Of a DNA stretch of 64,000 nucleotides, positions 62,900 through 64,000 are shown piece after piece (position 1 is the stretch's first letter; the number at the start of each line of letters is the position of its first letter). Position numbers and translations under genes: made by a program. A model generated the notes under the pieces. The model searched no databases. It saw nothing but the letters and a program-made list of their open reading frames with translations, and was not told the DNA's origin. Source of the stretch: Methanobacteriota archaeon (GTDB lineage Archaea; Halobacteriota; Bog-38; Methanoflorentales; Methanoflorentaceae); NCBI GenBank assembly GCA_963719035.1, contig CAVRAO010000002.1:192001-256000 (forward strand), read 5' to 3'.

Positions 62900-64000
62900 A
62901 TGTCAGTTCATCCAATAGAGTACCGCTACGGCACTAGCGAGATGAAAGCCATTTGGAGCGAGGACTGTAAACTCCGCTACTTGCTTGAGGTGGAAGTAGC
63001 TCTTGCCAAAGCCGAAGCTGACCATAAGCGTATCCCTAGAAAGGCAGCAGATGAAATCGAAACGGCGGTAAGCAAAGTTACACGTACGCGCGTTGCAGAA
63101 ATTGAAGACGAAATCCACCACGACATTATGGCCGTCGTTAAAGCGATTTCAGAACAGATTAGCACTGAAAATGACTACGTACACTATGGTGCGACGTCAA
63201 ACGACATTATCGACACTGCACTTGCGCTCCAATTGCAAGCTTCGTTGAGAATACTCGCGTTAAAACTTAAACGTCTTAGAACCGTTTTGGCAAACCTTGC
63301 TGACGAAAACAAGGCTCGTGTATGTGCAGCAAGAACACATGGTCAAATTGCCGTACCAACTACCTACGGTATGCGATTCGCCGTTTGGGCGATGGAAATC
63401 GATCGACATTTGCATCGGCTTTTCGAATCCCGCAAGCGGATCGAAGTCGGGCAAATGACAGGAGCTGTCGGGACACAAGCAGCTTTTGGAAAAAAAGGAG
63501 TAGAAATTCAGGCGCGAACGCTCGAGTTGCTTGGGCTAGGATCAGTGGAAGTATCAACGCAAATCATCCAGCGTGATCGGCACGCTGAATACGTAATGTT
63601 GCTCGCTAACGTCGCAACTTCGCTCGAGAAAATATTTATCGAAATCAGAACACTCCAAAGAAGTGAGATAGCCGAAATTTCAGAAGGTTTCGGGAAAAAA
63701 CAGGTTGGGTCTTCAACGATGCCGCATAAGCGAAATCCAATTAAGTCAGAACAAATCTGCGGCCTCGCACGAGTCGTACGATCGTTTGTGCTTCCCTCAT
63801 TAGAAAACAACACGTTATGGGATGAACGAGATTTGACAAATTCTTCCAGTGAGCGGATTATCTTTCCTGAAACAACTATTTTAACAGACCACATAATCAC
63901 ACTCTCCATTGACGTGCTAAGTAACTTGGAATTCAATGAAGAACGTATAAAACAGAACCTCAGCCTCATGCGAGGATTAAACATGAGCGAAGCAGTAATG
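62900..64000 (+). CDS. purB: Adenylosuccinate lyase (3' end beyond the window)
   Basis: Manual translation MSVHPIEYRYG..., HD, HYGATSND, RTHGQ, GAVG, GSSTMPHKRNP. Confidence 0.95.
   Translation, partial: MSVHPIEYRYGTSEMKAIWSEDCKLRYLLEVEVALAKAEADHKRIPRKAADEIETAVSKVTRTRVAEIEDEIHHDIMAVVKAISEQISTENDYVHYGATSNDIIDTALALQLQASLRILALKLKRLRTVLANLADENKARVCAARTHGQIAVPTTYGMRFAVWAMEIDRHLHRLFESRKRIEVGQMTGAVGTQAAFGKKGVEIQARTLELLGLGSVEVSTQIIQRDRHAEYVMLLANVATSLEKIFIEIRTLQRSEIAEISEGFGKKQVGSSTMPHKRNPIKSEQICGLARVVRSFVLPSLENNTLWDERDLTNSSSERIIFPETTILTDHIITLSIDVLSNLEFNEERIKQNLSLMRGLNMSEAVM

Overview
Archaeal chromosomal segment, most consistent with a Halobacteriota lineage related to methanogens. Markers are an archaeal histone, gatDE, pantoate kinase, a fae-hps fusion, methanogen-type SerRS and the long-form DtdA. 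Housekeeping blocks: cimA/leuA, argH-gatD-gatE, coaBC-poK, iorAB-paaK, initiator tRNA-Met, dtdA-ftsZ-secE-spt5-rpl11-rpl1-rpl10-rpl12, purL, fae-hps-tpiA and serS-rps3ae-apgM-purB. An accessory stretch at about 11-30 kb holds ORFans, Ig-like lipoproteins, acetyl-CoA synthetase and several unannotated micro-proteins. I found no CRISPR array, rRNA, transposase or integrase. Five genes carry single-base frameshifts (four of six indels in homopolymer runs), which points to assembly errors, so all single-base anomalies need read-level checking. Best leads: (1) an endonuclease V with both catalytic aspartates replaced; (2) a nucleotidyltransferase-cupin / GT4 / CBS-ParB-Srx / GalT cluster; (3) an RNase Z-like tRNA-binding arm on DtdA; (4) a SecE with a sequon-rich external tail; (5) zinc-finger and membrane micro-proteins missed by the ORF track; (6) an L1 autoregulatory RNA element. 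All family calls come from motif recognition by eye, not from database searches, and I cannot confirm that any of these is undescribed.
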